Shown: piece after piece, positions 26,012 through 37,649 of the stretch
How positions within the stretch are numbered: position 1 is the first letter of the stretch
Layout of the letters: each line of letters starts with the position of its first letter
From: Mobula hypostoma
Taxonomy: Eukaryota
Assembly: GCF_963921235.1 (NCBI RefSeq)
Contig: NC_086109.1
Coordinates: forward strand, 31,126,001-31,190,000
Direction of reading: 5' to 3'
DNA: 64,000 nucleotides
Notes under the pieces: model-generated
What the model was told of the DNA's origin: nothing
The model's input: the letters and a program-made list of their open reading frames with translations, nothing else
The model's database searches: none
Made by a program: the position numbers and the translations under genes

Positions 26012-27328
26012 CAGACATCCCAGCCAGCAAAAACTCATTTCAGGGAGGTATCACCCCACTCCCCGCAACCCCACCCCCCCCCACCCATCGACCTCCAAGG
26101 GTGTATGTAATACTTTGTTTAGTGATTTTGTCCAATCTGTAAACCAAGTTGGGTATATGCAGCAAATGTGACATTAAAATATGTGCTTATATTATATTAT
26201 ATTATCATGTTTATTCTATTACAACTTTAAGCAAGTCTACAGGGAGTTCGGCCTCATCATGTAGGACATCAATAGCGTAGCTCCTCAGCAGCCAGCCAGC
26301 CAGTTTAAATAACGATATCTATGCTAATGAACGAATGACACCTGTTAAACTCAGCTCAACATGTCTTTTACATTTTAACCCACTATGGGCAATAGAAAAT
26401 TCACTGTTGCAAACAGTGCAGCCAGCAACACTGTCATTATTTTTGAGGTCGATTGTAAAGCCTGCTCACAGAGAAAACTGATAGGTCTACTTAGCAGGGG
26501 TCCCCAACATTTTTTGCACCACAGACCGATTTAATATTGACAATATTCTTGCGGACCGGCCGACCGGGGGCGGGGGTGTTAATCACCACCGGAATATAGG
26601 TGGTAAGTCAATAGCATCATAACATTTTAAGTAACGTTTGGATATTAAACATACAACGCATATTTTCCCCGTATGAACATATAAAATCATTGCAACACAC
26701 CAATATCGCTGAATCAGTGCGAGCCCTGGGCTTGTTTTCCTGCAACAAGACGGTCCCATCGAGGGGTGAGGGGAGACAGCGATTCTCGAAGGGGGTTCCT
26801 ATATCCAGTCTATTCCGCAATTTAGTTTTCGTTGCATTCATTGCAGAAAACTCTGTTTCGCCGCGATATCATGTTGGAAATGGAAGCAATGTTTTCAGTG
26901 CTTTCGTGGTTATCTCAGGATATTTTGCCTTGACTTTGATCCAGAATGCCAGCAGAGATGTTATGTCAAACAAACTTTTCAGCCCACCGTCATTTACAAG
27001 TTCGAGGAGTTGATCTCCTTCCCGCGCTGACACGGATGACGCGCGGGTAATGACCTCGCATGCGTTCAAGTTCAACAGTGCGTGACAGGGAATGAGGAAA
27101 GGTGCAAATGACTCATATCGTTTCATATCACCAAATCATATTGTTTCCTCACGGCCCGGTGGTTGGGGACCACTCTTAGCATGAAGGGAGACCAATCAGG
27201 ATGCTCGCTCTCCCTCTCCCTCTCAAAAAAATCTATTTCCGGGATATTGTATATAATTTCCAGGTGTCAGGGAGCCACTATCAATATGTGGGAAACTCCC
27301 GGATCTTCCGGAAGAGGTGGGATGTCTG
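26012..27328. mobile_element. Non-autonomous TIR DNA transposon (hAT-like MITE) hosting a second hAT
   Basis: TIR CAGACATCCCA / TGGGATGTCTG; flanking duplication GATATG, or GGATATGC if each terminus is one base shorter. Confidence 0.75.
26495..27174 (-). mobile_element. hAT-Charlie/Buster-type internally deleted transposon
   Basis: TIRs CAGGGGTCCCCAAC / GTTGGGGACCACT; hAT dimerization-domain remnant FWIKVKAKYPEITTKALKTLLPFPT...TKTKLRNRLD. Confidence 0.85.
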
Positions 27329-27519
27329 GATATGCAACTTCAGGCCTACCACAGGTTTTAATTGCAGTTATGCCAACAGTGCAGTAACGTTTAAGCAGGT
27401 CTATGAATTGAAAAGATTTGGAGAGAGACAGGTCAAGCGCAGCATATGAGAATAACAGATGAGAATCTTGCTCAGCATGGACAAGTTGGGATGAGAGCCC
27501 TGTTTCTGAGGTATATCAG

Positions 27520-27747
27520 TGTGGTAAACCATATATATGTTGTAACTGGGTTAACTGTCTAGACACGCCCCTCTGCTGACTGCCCTGTGGCTCCTCCCAC
27601 AGATACCTGTATAAAGGTGATTTCGCCTTGCCCCTCCCCCTCAGTCTGGGGGCAGACACTCACCATGGAGGTCGTATTGTACAGCAAATAAAAGCCTTTC
27701 AGTATTTAATCCAACCTCAGTCTTTTGGAGTCATTGAAGGTGCTTCA
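27520..27747 (+). repeat. 5' LTR of Gypsy copy 2
   Basis: TG...CA direct repeat of 36286-36512 and of the copy 1 LTRs. Confidence 0.96.
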
Positions 27748-27773
27748 ATTTTATTCGCTGTACATTTTAAAGC

Positions 27774-28642
27774 ATGAAACATGCACTGAAACCTGACAAA
27801 TTAGACCTCGATCCGCAAACGCCAGAAGCTGGAAACGCTTTTGAACTCTGGCTGGCCTGCTTCGAAGCATACCTAGAGGAGATTAAAGCGACCGACCCCA
27901 TAGCGAAGCGCAGAGTTCTACTCTCCAGGGTCAGTCCACGGGTCTATTCGCTGGTCAGAGACCAGCTGAGCTACGCCGGTGCAGTGAGCGCCCTCAAAGG
28001 CCAATACCTGCGGCTGATAAACAGCATCTATGCTCAGCACTGCTTAGTGACAAGGCAACAACGGCCCGGGGAATCAAGTGCTGAGTTCATTCAGGCCCTA
28101 CGGATACTCGTGCGAGCCTGCAATTGCCAGGAGCTGACGGCGGCGCAGCATGCGGAGCTCCTAGTGAGAGATGCCTTTGTCACGGGGACCAGGTCAGTGT
28201 ATGTGCGCCAGCGGCTGTTGGAAAAAAACGATCTTACCTTAAGTTCGGCGATCGAGCTGGCCGACATGCTGGAGGCCACTCTGCATTACCTGAGGCTCTC
28301 CAGTCACATGATCCCCTGATGGCCTTGTGGGCGCCGCAGACCCCGCAACCTGCCGGCGAATTGACCTCGGCTGCCACCAGTTGCGAGTCCGCGAAGTGCT
28401 ACTTCTCCGGAGTGGAGAAGCACCCCCGGAAACGTTGCCTGGCCCGAGAAGCTACCTGCTCCAGCTGCGGAAAGAAAGGCCACTTCGTAAAGATCTGTAA
28501 GTCCAAACTGCGAGCGGGATCGAACAGCGCCGCGTGCGAAACATGGGGGTCGCCATCTTGCCTGCCGCCATCTTGCCTGCACGCCGCCACCACGTGTGAG
28601 ACATGGGGCCCGCCATCTTCCCTGCATGCCGCCACCACGTGA
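27774..28642 (+). pseudogene. gag: Gypsy gag, one frameshift near 28290
   Basis: MKHALKPDKLDLDPQTPEAG...; zinc knuckle CSSCGKKGHFVKIC; ends at TGA 28640-28642. Confidence 0.9.
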
Positions 28643-29378
28643 GAGACATGGGGGCGTCCATCTTGGTCGGCGCCACCTCCCACCGCCTACGACCAACGGG
28701 TGCTCACGGGGCACCCCACTGCACTGGACCAAGACAGCAGCCCAACCCTGGCTTCCTTGACCCTCGACCAAAGCGCTCTCCACCAGCTCGCAAGTTCAAT
28801 GATGAACATCCTAGTGGAGGAGCACAGGACAAGCTGCCTGTTTGACACAGGCAGCACGGAGAGTTTTATCCACCCGGACACGGTGCAGCATTGCGGACTC
28901 ATGATACGGCCGGTAAGATAGAGGGTCACCATGGCTTTCGGGTCGCATACAACAGACATCTGGGGGGGTTGTGTAGTGATACTAGTGGTGCAGGGCACAG
29001 AATATCGAGACCTTACGTTACTGGTCATGCCTCAACTGTGTGCCCCTGTGCTATTGGGGCTCGACTTCCAGAGCCACCTGAAAAGCGTGACAATGAAATA
29101 TGATGGGCCCCTCCCACCAATTACTGTCATAAATCCCCAGTTTAGTAGGGATACGTCACATACGGCTGGCTGAGGTGTTTGGCCATGGTGGGCTGATCCT
29201 GCTGGTTAGTGCTGGGCTGTGCTGGGCTGAACTGCTGAAGCTCCAGCTGCTGGGCCAGAGTTACGAGTTAGCTGCTGGCTGTGGGATGTTGTGGGGGACA
29301 TTCTGTGGGAATGTTGACCGACTGCCTGTATAGGTCCGGAATGATATTCGTACGCGGTCCCTTGCAAACTCTGATAGG

Positions 29379-30520
29379 GTGGCAGGGAGGGAGACTGATG
29401 GTGACAGCAATAGCACGGAGAGTGAGTGGGAAGAGGTGGGGAGAGGAACTAAGAAAAGGAAGATGATGGGTCGGAAGAGAAAGAAAGGAGGTGGGTCTAG
29501 CGTAGCTGGATCGGAAAGTGAGGGAAGAGAAGTTGAGGAGAGGGGCCCGAGGGCAAAATTGCTAAATGTAGTGATAATATTTCAGGGGGAAGGGGGAGTA
29601 AAGAAAATTGATCCACTTAAGCTAACAAAAATCATTCGAGGACAAGTAGGGGAAGTGAACCATGCGAGAATTTTAGGAGATGGAAACCTGCTGATAGGAT
29701 GTAAAACTGAAGAGCAGATGGAGAAAGCAGTGAAGGTGACTAAGGTTGGGAAAGTCAAGGTGTCCAGGGTTGTAAGAGTTGGAGCACAAAGGGTCAATGG
29801 TTGCAGGGGGGTGATATCCGGGGTTCCCCTCAGTGTTAATATGAAGGAGCTGGTGGAGAACTTGAGGATGAGGAATAGTTCAGTGAAGAGTGTGAAAAGA
29901 ATGACAAGGGGAGCAGAGAAAAGAGAGACTGAAACTGTTCTGGTAGAATTTGAGGATAAGGTGCCTCCAAAGGAGTTATATTTTGTATTTCTAAGATACA
30001 ATGTAAGAGAATATATACCAAAACCTATGAGGTGTTTCAATTGCCAGGAGTTTGGGCATGTGGCCAAAGTGTGCAAAGGAAATAGAAGATGTGCAAGGTG
30101 TGGTGGGGAACATGAATACGGAAAATGTGGAGAGGGAGTGAGACCAAAGTGCTGTAACTGTGGAGGTAACCATAGTGTAGCCTACTGGGGATGTGAAGTG
30201 TTGAAAGAAAGAGGTGGAGGTGCAGCAGATAAGGGTGAAGGAAAAAGTCTCATATGCTGAGGCAGACAAATTGGCAGGACAGAAGAAAATGAATGAGGGA
30301 CGGTGTAGCAAAGGGCAAGCGGCAGCTAAAGAAAGGCAAGATAAGAAGAATGCATGGATAGAGAAGAAGAAATTGGTGACCTTTATAGCAGGAGTGATAA
30401 ACGCAACGTATGAGATCAAATCTAAAACTGAAAGGATTCAGATTACTGTGAAAGCTGCAGAGCACCATTTGGGTATGATAGGATTAAAATGGAAGAAGCA
30501 AACGATGAACTCAGGGTACA
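29379..30520 (+). pseudogene. LINE ORF1 with three CCHC zinc knuckles
   Basis: CFNCQEFGHVAKVC, CARCGGEHEYGKC, CCNCGGNHSVAYWGC; frameshift near 30210. Confidence 0.88.
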
Positions 30521-30562
30521 GTCAAGTCAAGAGACAGTATGTGTGGGTTAATATTACTAATA

Positions 30563-33500
30563 ATGCTACTTCTTCAATGGAAGGCAAGAAGCCTGATTGC
30601 TAATGGACAAGATTTCAAACAGTTTACAGCGAGTAGGAGAGAAAAGCCAGATGTTGTGTGTATCCAGACCTGGTTAAAACCTAATTTAGATTTTGTTTTA
30701 TATGGTTATGAGGCAGTAAGACGAGACAGGAGAGAGGGTGGAGGAGGAGGATGTGCAACTTATGTAAAGCAAGGTATTCCTTATAGAATACTAGGTGTAG
30801 GAAGTGAACAAGAGTATGTGGTAGTAAAAGTATGGGCTGAAAGGAAAGCGTTGGTGATTGTGAATTATTGTAATCCATGCAAAAGACTAGAGTTAAACAA
30901 GCTTGAGGAGATAGAAGGGCAGAATAGTAGTAACATTGTTTGGTGTGGTGACTTTAATGGACATAATGTATTATGAGGGAGTGACAGAACAGACATCAAT
31001 GGTCAAGTAATAGAGGAGTTGCTAGATGAGAAGTATTTAGTGTGCCTAAATGATGGCAGTAGTACTAGAATTGGTGTTAATACGGGTAAAGAATCTGTGC
31101 TTGATCTTACATTAGTATCAAACTCCATTGTATCAGTGTGTGATTGGTTAGTGTACCAAGAAGGAACTGCAGGGAGTGATCATTACCCAATCTGGTGCAC
31201 AATAAATATTTCTGCCTCATTGATCACAAAGAATACAGGTGGGAAATGGATCCTTGAGAAAGCCAATTGGGAGAAATTTCTGGAAAAAAGTGATAGATAT
31301 CTAAGTCAGGTCAGTGATGGAATGGACGTAGAAACACTTGACAGCATATTAAAACAAGGTATAATATCAGCTGCATTAGAATCCATTCCTAAAAGTAAAG
31401 GAAGAATAAAGAAGAGAATAATACCATGGTGGGATGATAATTGTAAGGAAGCAGTGACAAATAGAAATACGGCATTTAAACTGGTTAAAAGAACTCATAA
31501 CTTCCAATATATGATTCAGTACAAACAAGCTCAGGCAGTAGTAAGGAGGACAATAAGACATGCTAAAAGGACGCACTGGAGAAAGTATTGTGATTCAATC
31601 GGAAACACAACTCAAGTAGGAGAGGTGTGGGGGATGATAAAAAGGATGGGAGGGGACAGGAGAGAGTGGAGGTACCCAGTTCTGGTTGATGGAAATGTGG
31701 CTGCAGTAACAAATAAGGAAAAGGCAGAGTTGTTGGCAAACACTTTTGTTCTGGTACATAGTTCCGATAATTTGTCTGAGAAGGGAAGAAGAGGTAGAGA
31801 GAGAACCAAAGCTGAAAATGCGGAGGCTTTGAGTAGGAAAACTAACCTTGACGGTGTGCAAGATGTCCCTTTCAGCATGGGAGAATTAGGAAAGGCACTA
31901 GATAAAACAGGAAAGACTGCACCAGGTAAAGATGAAATATGTTATAGTATGATAAAACAAGAGTGAAGGAAGTCTGGAGAAACTACTGCTTCTGTATAAC
32001 AAAGTCTGGGATGAAGGGAGAATACCAGGGAGCTGGAAAGAGGCAATAATTATTCTAATAAGGAAGCCTGGGAAAGATGCCAGCAGGCCAGAAAACGACA
32101 GGCCAATTGCCTTGACGTCACATGTATGTAAACTTATGGAACATATGATAAATGAGAGGTTAGTGTACTTCTTGGAAAGTAGAGGAATGGTGGCTATGTA
32201 TGAAAGCGGGTTCAGGAAAGGAAGGAATACTATGGATCCAGTGTTGTGTCTAGAGGCTGAAATAAGAAAAGCTCAAGTAAATAAAGAGACAGTGGTTGCA
32301 GTTTTTTTTGATGTTGAGAAAGCTAATGATATGTTATGGAAAGAGGGGCTCCTAATCAAGCTACATTTAACAGGAACTGGGGGGGCAATGTTCAATTGGA
32401 TTAAGGACTTTTTAAACGGGAGAACTATCCAGGTGAAGATAGAATCAGAGCTATCAAGCCAGTATGTTGTAGAAAATGGGACGCCTCAGGGGAGTGTAGT
32501 GAATCCAACTTTATTCTCCATTTTGATAAATGATATATTCGTAAATATTCCAATGGAAGTGGGGAGGTCATTGTTGGCAGATGACGGGGCTTTGTGGAAA
32601 AGAGGGAGAAATATTGAACATATAGTTATGAAAATGCAAGATGGAGTTAATCAAGTTGAAGAGTGGGGGACAAAGTGGGGTGTTAAATTTTCAGTGGAGA
32701 AAACAAAAGCCATGTTCTTTACAAGGAAAATGTTCAGGGGACTTAATTTGAATCTGTATGGAAGTAACCTGGAGAGAGTTGAAAGTTTTCGGTTTTTGGG
32801 AGTGCACTTTGACCTGAGATTAACATGGAGAGAACATGTTAGATATGTAGTTAGTAAATGCAAAAATGTGATAAATGTCATGAGGTGTCTTGCTGGATTG
32901 GAATAGGATGTTGATTTTGCATCACTGAAGTATATTTACGTAGCATTAATAAGATCAAGATTAGACTATGGAAGTATTGTATAAGGGTCAGCAGCAAAAT
33001 CTGTGCTGGCAGAACTGGATATCGTGCAAGCTCGGGCTCTAAGGGTGTGCTTGGGAGTGTTTAGAACTTCCCCAGTGTGTGCACTCCAAGTTGAGGCAAA
33101 TGAAATGCCATTGGGGCTGAGGCGTAAACAGCTGGAGGCCAGTTACTGGATTAATTTAAGGGGGCATGGTGATAGCCATCCTACAGCTGTGTACATACAT
33201 CTATTGATGCTTCTGGACACATCTTCAGTGATGTTCCTGGAATCATCGGGTGTTTCAGGTCTTTCAACATCATACAACCTCCTCCAGCTGACCCAACCGG
33301 GACTGATCAGACCCCAGCTTGTATCCGGATGGCTAGCTACTTATGACTCCATGGCTCCCCTCTTTTGAGCCACAGCCATCTTGAGGCCCTCTCTGCCGCA
33401 TCGGTGGTACTGCAGATGGCTCTCCTCTTCCTCTCTCCCTCGATGCCCGAAATGCTGAAGGCTCTAACTAAAGAACGGGCTATGAATCCCCTACAACCAA

Positions 33501-35143
33501 CCTCTACTGGGAGATACCTCGCTCTCCACCCAGCCTGCTGACAGTTGCTGACCAGTCCTGCGTACTTGGAGAGCTTCCTTTCAAAGGCCTCCTCCAAGCT
33601 ATCTTCCCATGGGCCTGTCAGCTCCAGCAGCACCACTTGCTTAGTAGACTCAGACACTAGGACAATGTCTGGTCGCAGGGTGGTGGCTGCGATATGGTTG
33701 GGGAACTTCAGCTGCCCTTCGATGTCCACCAACAGCTGCCAGTCCCTTGCAGAGGTCAGAAAGCCTGCAGATGTTCTTCTGGCCGGTATTGGCTGCTCCC
33801 CAGCTCTGACAAAGGCAATGGTCTGCTTGGAGGGTCGGGACCGCTTCACCCACTCAACTCTTGCGGCTTCAGCGATGGTCTTCAGGACCTGATCATGCCT
33901 CCACCTGTACCGTCCCTCACCAAGTGCCCTTGCACAGCCGCTGAGGATGTGCTCCAGGGTTCCTCGCATGGAGCACAGTAGGCACACAGATGACTCTGCC
34001 TGTGCATGGTGATAGCCATCCTACAAAAAGGCTGTTGCAGACATGCTGGGAGAAGGAGAGGTCACAAAAAGAAAGTTTTGGCTGGACAGGAGAGTAAACA
34101 GCAAAAGATATGGGTGTATACTATAAAGAGTCTTGTCCAAGTGTGGTGTGGCCTGTCAGACCTTTCTGGGTATTAGAAAATCCCTCTGCAGATTTGGAAT
34201 TGCTTAAGGTTAAGCACAGTAATAAGATGGCTGATACACTCAGTGAATATCATAGTTATAGGGAATGTAAATATAAAGGCGTACAGATTTCTACTGATGG
34301 ATCAAAGGATCCAGAAACAGGTGCAACAGGGTCTGCAATTGGTGTACCAAGTTATCGAGTGGAAATTAGCAAGAGAACACCTGATTGCTTGAGTGTATAT
34401 GCGGTTGAAATGTTTGCCATATTGTTAGCACTAGAATGGAGTGAGCAGGTTGATTGTAATAATATTGTGATATGTAGCGATTCTGTAACGGCCCTTGCAA
34501 GCATCAAGGCGGGTACAGCTAGAGATCACCAGGATCTGCTTTATGAAACCTTGCTGGCAAATTCAAGACTGGCTAGACAAGGCAAAAATATCGCATTCAT
34601 GCGGGTTCCAGCACATTCGGGTATTATGGGAAATGAGACAGCAGATAGGCTGGCAAAAGCAGCCGTCAAAAAAGGGTCTGCAGAAGTCAATATTAAACTA
34701 TCAAAATCAGAGGGGAAGAGCATAGTATGGAGAAGGATAAATCAACAGTGGCAGCAGCATTAGGATAGAGCAATAAAAGGAAGACATTTACATTCAATTC
34801 AGAACAGAGTAGATATGGGAAGAAGTAGGGGAGTAAAGCGGAACGAGCAAGTAATTATAAGTAGACTGAGAATTGGGCACAGCAGCCTTAATGGGACTTT
34901 GGCAATCATAAATAAACATCCAACAGGTTTTTGCGATCTATGTCAGGAAACTGAAACAGTAGAGCATATCCTTATTTCATGCTGGAAATTTGCACAGGAA
35001 AGGCCACAAATGTTATAACAATTACGCAAAATAGGACTGGTAGAGAACAGTGTTAAAGGTTTATTGGAATGTGGGGAGAGTGATCAGGGGAGGAAATGGT
35101 TATTTAGTTATTTAAGGGCGACGGGACTGGAAAGACGGCTTTA
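30563..35143 (+). pseudogene. LINE ORF2 (APE, RT, RNase H, Zn finger), multiple stops and one insertion
   Basis: QWKARSL, GDFNGHN, SDHYPI; FDVEKA, GTPQGSV, LLADD; TDGSK, ICSDS, VPAHSGIMGNETADRLAK; CDLCQETETVEHILISC. Confidence 0.9.
33186..34003 (-). mobile_element. 5'-truncated R2-superfamily retrotransposon (HERO-like) with restriction-like endonuclease
   Basis: ORF 33337-33987: CLLC...EHILSGC, RWRHDQVL, LRPDIV, LLELTGPWE, KLSKY, VEVGCRGF; 150-bp 3' UTR; 22-bp TSD at 33164-33185 and 34004-34025. Confidence 0.85.
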
Positions 35144-36285
35144 AAGTGAATGGACAATGGAGGACAATAAATCCTGAAGATGGCAGTAATGCAACAATGT
35201 GGATGCCAACTGCCGTAAAAACTGAAAGAAGAAACGTCACATATCCCGCTACTGACCACACACACGCACCGACCCGCACATCCCACCCAACATCATGCCA
35301 ACTGCCGCACTACTGACGCCACTTGTGGCCTCTCCACCCTCAGGATCCCTTCCCCACCGCTGTTCGCCAACCTGACCCCCGACTGTAAACCTGTGGCAAC
35401 TAAAAGCAGGAGGTACAGCGCGGGGGACAGAGCTTTCATTAAGTCGGAGGTGCAGCGGCTGCTCAGGGAGGGGGTCATTGAGGCAAGCACACGTCCTTGG
35501 AGGGTCCTCGTTTATGAGTGATGAGCTGCGCCAATACCTACTGGCTAGGGGAATTGCAACTAGTAGGACCAGGAGCTATAATTCCCGGGGGAATGGACAG
35601 GTAGAGAAGGAGAATGGCACGGTGTGGAAAGCCACACTCTTAGCCCTCAGGTCAAAGGGACTGCCGGTCTCCCGCTGGCAGGAGGTCCTTCCCGAGGCAC
35701 TCCACTCCATCCGCTCACTGTTATGCACAGCCACCAATGCCACCCCTCATGAGCGGCTCTTTTCATATCCCAGAAAGTCGACCTCTGGAACCACCCTACC
35801 AACTTGGCTGACATCCCCGGGGCCAGTGCTGCTCCAGAAACATGCAAGGAGCAATAAATACTCCCCGATGGTTGAGAGGGTTCACTTATTTCATGCGAAC
35901 CCTCGGTATGCCTATGTGGTTTTACCTGATGGGCGGGAGGACACGGTCTCCATCTGCGACCTGGCGCCCGCAGGAGCACCGAGGCCCCTACCCTGAACAC
36001 TCCGTGGTGACTATTGACCCCGTACCCACCGATGTATGTACCCACGAGACACCGCACACTTCAAGTCCTACACAGCCACCACACGACACTCCCATACCAG
36101 CCGCGACACCTCAAGTGGGGCCGGAGCCAGCACAACCGCCGTCGCCGATGCAATCACCACCGGTGCTACGTAGATCACAGTGATGGACTCGACCGCCTGA
36201 TAGACTTGACCTGTAAATATACTTGTTGTAAATATTGTCAGTCACTTCACCCCGTGGGACTCTTTCTTAAAAAAGGAGGGGTGAA

Positions 36286-36512
36286 TGTGATAAACCATAT
36301 ATATGTTGTAACTGGGTTAGCTGTCTGGACACGCCCCTCTGCTGACTGCTCCTGTGACTCCTCCCACAGATCCTGTATAAAGGTGTTTTGCCTTGCCCTT
36401 CCCCCTCAGTCCGGGGGCAGACACTCACCATGGAGGTCGTATTGTACAGTGAATAAAAGCCTTTCAGTATCTTACCCAACCTCAGTCTTTTGGAGTCATT
36501 GAAGGTGCTTCA
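36286..36512 (+). repeat. 3' LTR of Gypsy copy 2
   Basis: Preceded by the PPT AAAAAAGGAGGGGTGAA; direct repeat of 27520-27747. Confidence 0.96.
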
Positions 36513-37649
36513 ATCAGTTTATGACCTTACGGCTGTATAACTGGGGTTCCCAACCTTTAATATGTCCTGGACCCCTGCCATTAACCGACAGGCTCTATAA
36601 TATGCATGATGCATTTGAAAACGGTACCATCCCAGTCCGAATCAAAAATCGGTAGATTGAAGGCCAGTTTAAAACTAGAATGCAAAAGTGATGCCAGATG
36701 CTGCAGGTTCTCTGAAGGCAGTGAAGAACCACAAGTCCAAGCCTTGAGTTTAATATATTCAGATATTTCATGAAGAAATATTAAGAATAAATTTTGAACA
36801 CCAATAGCTGTATTCTAACGTGGTGATCGTCAAGCAGCATTATCATGGAGTGGATACAAATCAGATAAAGTTCTACTTGTTTAACAAACAGGCAAAAAAT
36901 TTCAATGTTCTGATATGTGTTTTGATGCATGCTGCTTTGCACTCAGAGTGCAAAATGGAAAATTTTCCACGAATTTGTTTACTTTGTGTCACAGCAGAAC
37001 AAAGGAAGTGCTTTTGGCAGCTGAAAATTATGAGGTGTGAAACAGCCCTTAATCAGCAGAATGTTTAACTAAATCTCTTGTATCTGGAAGAATGTTAACT
37101 CTCAAGTGGATCCTTTTACCTTGAAAGGTTGATAAATATATGTGGCTGGATCAGACTGGCTGCTAGTTGGCAGTTCCATGCAGAAACACTGGCGAGCTCC
37201 AGCATGTGCATCCCTTCTGTATCTGCACTGTGAGACAAGAATGTGCAGAATCCAGCAGTGTTTGTGTTATACAAACTGCTCATGTTGAGTCCAGGAATGA
37301 CCTTTTACTACATGCCTGGGCTTAATATGGGGGCAATTCTATATCACACTGAGCTCAGAGCTGAATACATTTCATATCCAGCTCCCTAATTTCATTCCAG
37401 TCAATACTTGCGTTTACATTTAGCCATAGGGTTAATAACTTTCATTGAAGTGCTAAGGAAAAGTTAGTGACTTAGTATTTTTGCTTGTGTTCAATGAATT
37501 AAATTTTTATGAGAGTCTTCAATCTGAAATTAACTTTGTTCCTCTCTTCGTAGGTGGTATTTGCCCTGCTGAGAGTTTCCAACATTTTCTGTTTTATTTC
37601 AGAGTTCTAACATCTGCGGTTTTCTTTTTATTTTGGACTCTTACCAGCT

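Larger units (their letters stand above)
29163..35233 (+). mobile_element. I-group (Nimb-like) LINE with RNase H, near full length, decayed
   Basis: 10-bp TSD ACGTCACATA at 29153-29162 and 35234-35243; (GAA)n tail; ORF1 plus ORF2 architecture. Confidence 0.88.
27520..36512 (+). mobile_element. Gypsy LTR retrotransposon copy 2, same family as copy 1, internally deleted, with nested LINEs
   Basis: LTRs at 27520-27747 and 36286-36512; TSD ATCAG at 27515-27519 and 36513-36517; gag, protease and integrase homologous to copy 1; flanks are a CR1 3' tail. Confidence 0.97.

Noticed and set aside
29163..29290. GGGCTG/GCTG-rich stretch resembling immunoglobulin switch repeats
   Set aside because: Short, and it lies inside the LINE 5' UTR bounded by the TSD.
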